This document shows positions 61,101 through 64,000 of a stretch of 64,000 nt of DNA, piece by piece. The stretch comes from Glaucostegus cemiculus (lineage: Eukaryota), in the NCBI GenBank assembly GCA_976551045.1, contig CDPCPM010000017.1, positions 7,316,001 through 7,380,000 on the forward strand. The letters are read 5' to 3'. Position 1 is the first letter of the stretch. Every line of letters starts with the position of its first letter. The notes below the pieces were generated by a model. The model did not search any database, was not told the origin of the DNA, and saw nothing but the letters and a program-made list of their open reading frames with translations. The position numbers and the translations under genes are program-made.

Positions 61101-61829
61101 AAGATCAAATCTCCATGGTAGAAAGGTGTGTAAGCTGGAGTATACCTGGTTTCTGATTCATCTTGCATCCATGATCCTGTCCCTACACTTCTGCTTGGAG
61201 CTCAGCATAGCAGTGCAACCATTGCACTCTTCCTAAACTGCAGCAGTTCCCATTCCACTTGGGCCAGCCCAGCTCGGCACAACTAGAGAGCAGGGAGAGT
61301 GGAAGGTAAGCAAGCAAAAACGTGGTTTTCTAGTCATTGTGAAAAATAACATTTCTCTCTTTCTGACTGGATTTATAATTCTCAGAAACTGCTGAATCAA
61401 AATACTCTTGATTTATGACCATCCATTCGTGAATTCTACTTTATCTATTGTGATCCAATTGACTGCTAGGCTGATGGCCACAACTACAGCCTTACAACTG
61501 TACCCTTCAAGTAAATAAATGATCCACTCTCCCAGTTAACAATTCCACTATGTAGATTATGTACAAGGTTCTAATTAGCTCTAATGAACATTTTTGGTAA
61601 TCATGCTGTGTGTGTCTGAACCAATAATCATAGCTAATACATAGATTCACTGAATTTGATCCCCCTGGTATAGCTGAGAAGGGTTGTTATGTTCTGAACT
61701 AATTTGCTAAAACAAGCTTCTCTCAGATTTCCTGCCCAATCCCCAGCATAGATAAAGTGGAGAAACTGGGGCTGTTCTCCTTGGAACAGATTTGCAAGGG
61801 CATCTGACACACATGAACATACATCTGTA

Positions 61830-62340
61830 GAGAAGAAGTGAAAGCAGGAGTGGGTCACTTGGCCTCTTGTGCCTGATCTGCATTTAATAAGATCACGGCT
61901 GATCTGATCTTAATCGCACTTTGCATTCCCATCCACTCACTGTACCTTCTCAGCCCCTTGTTTATCAACTATCCATCTACCTCTGCCCGCCTTAAAAAAT
62001 TCAGTGGGTCTGCTTCCACCATCCTCTGAGGCAGAGTTATAATGTTTCACAACACTCTAAAAGAAAACATTCCACCTCATCTGTCTTAAAGGGGCAACAT
62101 CTTGTTGTTAAACACTGACTCCCCGTGTGCCAGATTTTCCGACAAAAAGGAAACTTTCTTTCCACATCCACCCTGTAAAGATGTTCAGAATTTTGTATGT
62201 TTCAATTACATTGCCTCTTCTAAATTCCAGTGTACACAAGCCTAGACAATCTAATCATTCCTTATAAGACAACCTGCCCATTCCAACTAATATAGCTTCT
62301 CTGAACTGCTACCAATGCATTAACGTCCTTCCTTAAATAG
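61830..62340 (-). mobile_element. CR1 LINE 3' fragment
   Basis: aagcaggagtgggtcacttggcctct..tttaataagatcacggctgatctg..aaaacattccacctcatctgtc..ttttgtatgtttcaat. Confidence 0.8.
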
Positions 62341-62344
62341 CTTA

Positions 62345-62650
62345 AACTGAAGAGTTTGGACTAATTGAGGTATTTTCTGGAGCAGGTAGAGAATCTTATC
62401 TCATGGCAAAAGGGTCAAGAATCGGAAGACACAGAACGAAGATGGCGCACAATAAAACCAAAAATCACATGAGAAAAATATATTTTTTTACATGGCCTTC
62501 CAAAGGGAACTAAATCAGTATTTGAAAGGAAAAATACTGTTGTCAGGATGGGGCTGGGGAGTGAGTCTAGCTGGATTACTCTGACACTGAGCTAATATTA
62601 ACTTGATGCATCAACCTTCTTACGCTATAACCGCTCTATGATGCTGTAAA
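62345..62650 (+). mobile_element. Degraded CR1 3' fragment
   Basis: gggtcaagaatcggaagacacaga..atgagaaaaatatatttttt..tatttgaaaggaaaa, with tail ctctatgatgctgta. Confidence 0.55.
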
Positions 62651-63144
62651 TTCCACATTCGGTAAAACTACAAATGCTGTTCATAAGCAGTAAGATTCGT
62701 GCTGCTCAGGTAAATCTGGGTAAATTGAAAATTGTGAGTACAAACTAAATGATTGGATTGGAGCCTCTTCTTGCATTGGACACCTGAAGGTAAGTGTTCA
62801 TAGCTGTCATACTCCATTTTCAGTTTGATTTAACCATTTATAATATTGCTTTTAAAACCAAAATAATTCCTCTACACTATTTTATGAATCATGTTTTATC
62901 AGGCCATTCAGGGACATGGCAGGATACTCACAGTGCAGAAACTTTCCAATCAGCTGGAAGTTGGGCTGCTGTAAGAAGACTGGGCAGAGGATCTCCATTC
63001 TTTGGAACATTATGCTTGCTGATATTTCTGATCACAATGTGATGGTTTGTTTTGCAAACGTATGAAACCACCTTAAACGTGAAGGGCCAAATGGATGATC
63101 CTTTTTGTTTCCCGTAATGGTAGAGTTTACTGAATGTGATTCCA

Positions 63145-63930
63145 TCCACGTGATGTCAAGACATGGCTGAAAGCACTGGATCACAAAGGCTAAGGGATAG
63201 ACATCTTGACTGTAAGACGCAGTCCAGCTGCAGTACTGGCACTCACTCCACAATGTGGATATAGCCAGTCCGCAAAAGGCAGGAAAACCAAATCCAAACA
63301 ATTACTACTTGTCAGTTAATCATTAACCATCCACAGAGTGATGGAGAGTACTATTGACAATGCTAACAGGTGATACCCCAAAAAGTCCTCACCATTGGTC
63401 AGTATGGATTGTGCCTTTCTGTTACATACCTCATTATAGCTTTGGTTCAAACAAGGATGAAAAGCTGAATTCTGGAAGTGAGCTGAGAGGAACTACTCTT
63501 GACATCAGCATTTCATCAAGGGTGGCATCCAAAGCTTTGTAAAATTGAAATCTGTGGGAATCATGGGATAAATTCTCCACTTGCTGGAGTCAAACCCAGT
63601 GCAAGAAGATGGCTGAGGTTGTTGGAGGTAAATTGTCTTAGCTGAAGACAAGGAGTTCCTCAGAGTTATGCCCGAGGCACAAGTAATCAATTAATTCAAT
63701 AGACTTCGCTCCATGACGTTAGATGTTCACAATGATTGCATAATATCCAATTCCATTCACAACTCAGAACATGAAGCAGTCCATGCCTGCATGTTAGCAA
63801 GACCTAGAGCTGTTCATGACAAGCAACATCAGTATCACATCAGTGCCAGGCATGACAATCACCAACAAGGGAGGGTCTGATGATCTCCCCATGATGTTTA
63901 ATGGCATTACCATCATCCTATGTGTCACCA
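63145..63930 (+). mobile_element. Degraded RT region of the same LINE family as 59170-61100, opposite orientation
   Basis: ttggttcaaacaaggatgaaaagctgaattctggaagtgag is homologous to the reverse complement of cccctggaattcagctctttggtccatgtttggacca (59948-59984); also GVPQS-like ggagttcctcagagt. Confidence 0.75.
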
Positions 63931-64000
63931 TTAAACCCATAACTTAGACGGTGGGTAGAAAAACATATCAATGGCCTTGTATCTGTCTCAGGGGCTTTAC

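Noticed and set aside
1-64000. ANKS1A identity; prokaryotic-type systems (CRISPR arrays, operons); rRNA
   Set aside because: Linker and tail peptides match ANKS1B rather than ANKS1A. The sequence is spliced vertebrate DNA with no repeat-spacer array, operon-like ORF density or rRNA signature.

Overview
AT-rich vertebrate genomic DNA, most likely from a cartilaginous fish (inferred from the repeat content: HE1-like V-SINEs, CR1, L2, Rex1/Babar, fish-type L1, Tx1 and Penelope-derived elements). The window lies within the 3' half of ANKS1B (AIDA-1/EB-1) on the minus strand. Nine GT-AG, phase-0 coding exons between 49356 and 4434 encode the end of SAM1, SAM2, the linker and the whole PTB domain. 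The upstream exons and the usual terminal exon were not found in the window. Almost all other ORFs in the track are transposon fragments or chance. Most notable signals: (1) a candidate 9-nt microexon (Ile-Ser-Arg, 16801-16809) absent from the ORF track; (2) a CpG-enriched intronic island with a perfect splice donor, a candidate internal promoter for a PTB-only isoform; (3) decayed minimal hammerhead ribozymes in Penelope-derived repeats, plus palindromic elements folded at the hammerhead stem II; (4) inverted V-SINEs bracketing two SAM exons; (5) tandem splice acceptors; (6) a young L1 with a 12-bp target-site duplication; (7) an unexplained synonymous-codon peptide match (IWTKCDHxLV-stop) between two intronic sites. 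Comparisons to human and zebrafish proteins are from memory and need checking. Repeat boundaries are approximate.
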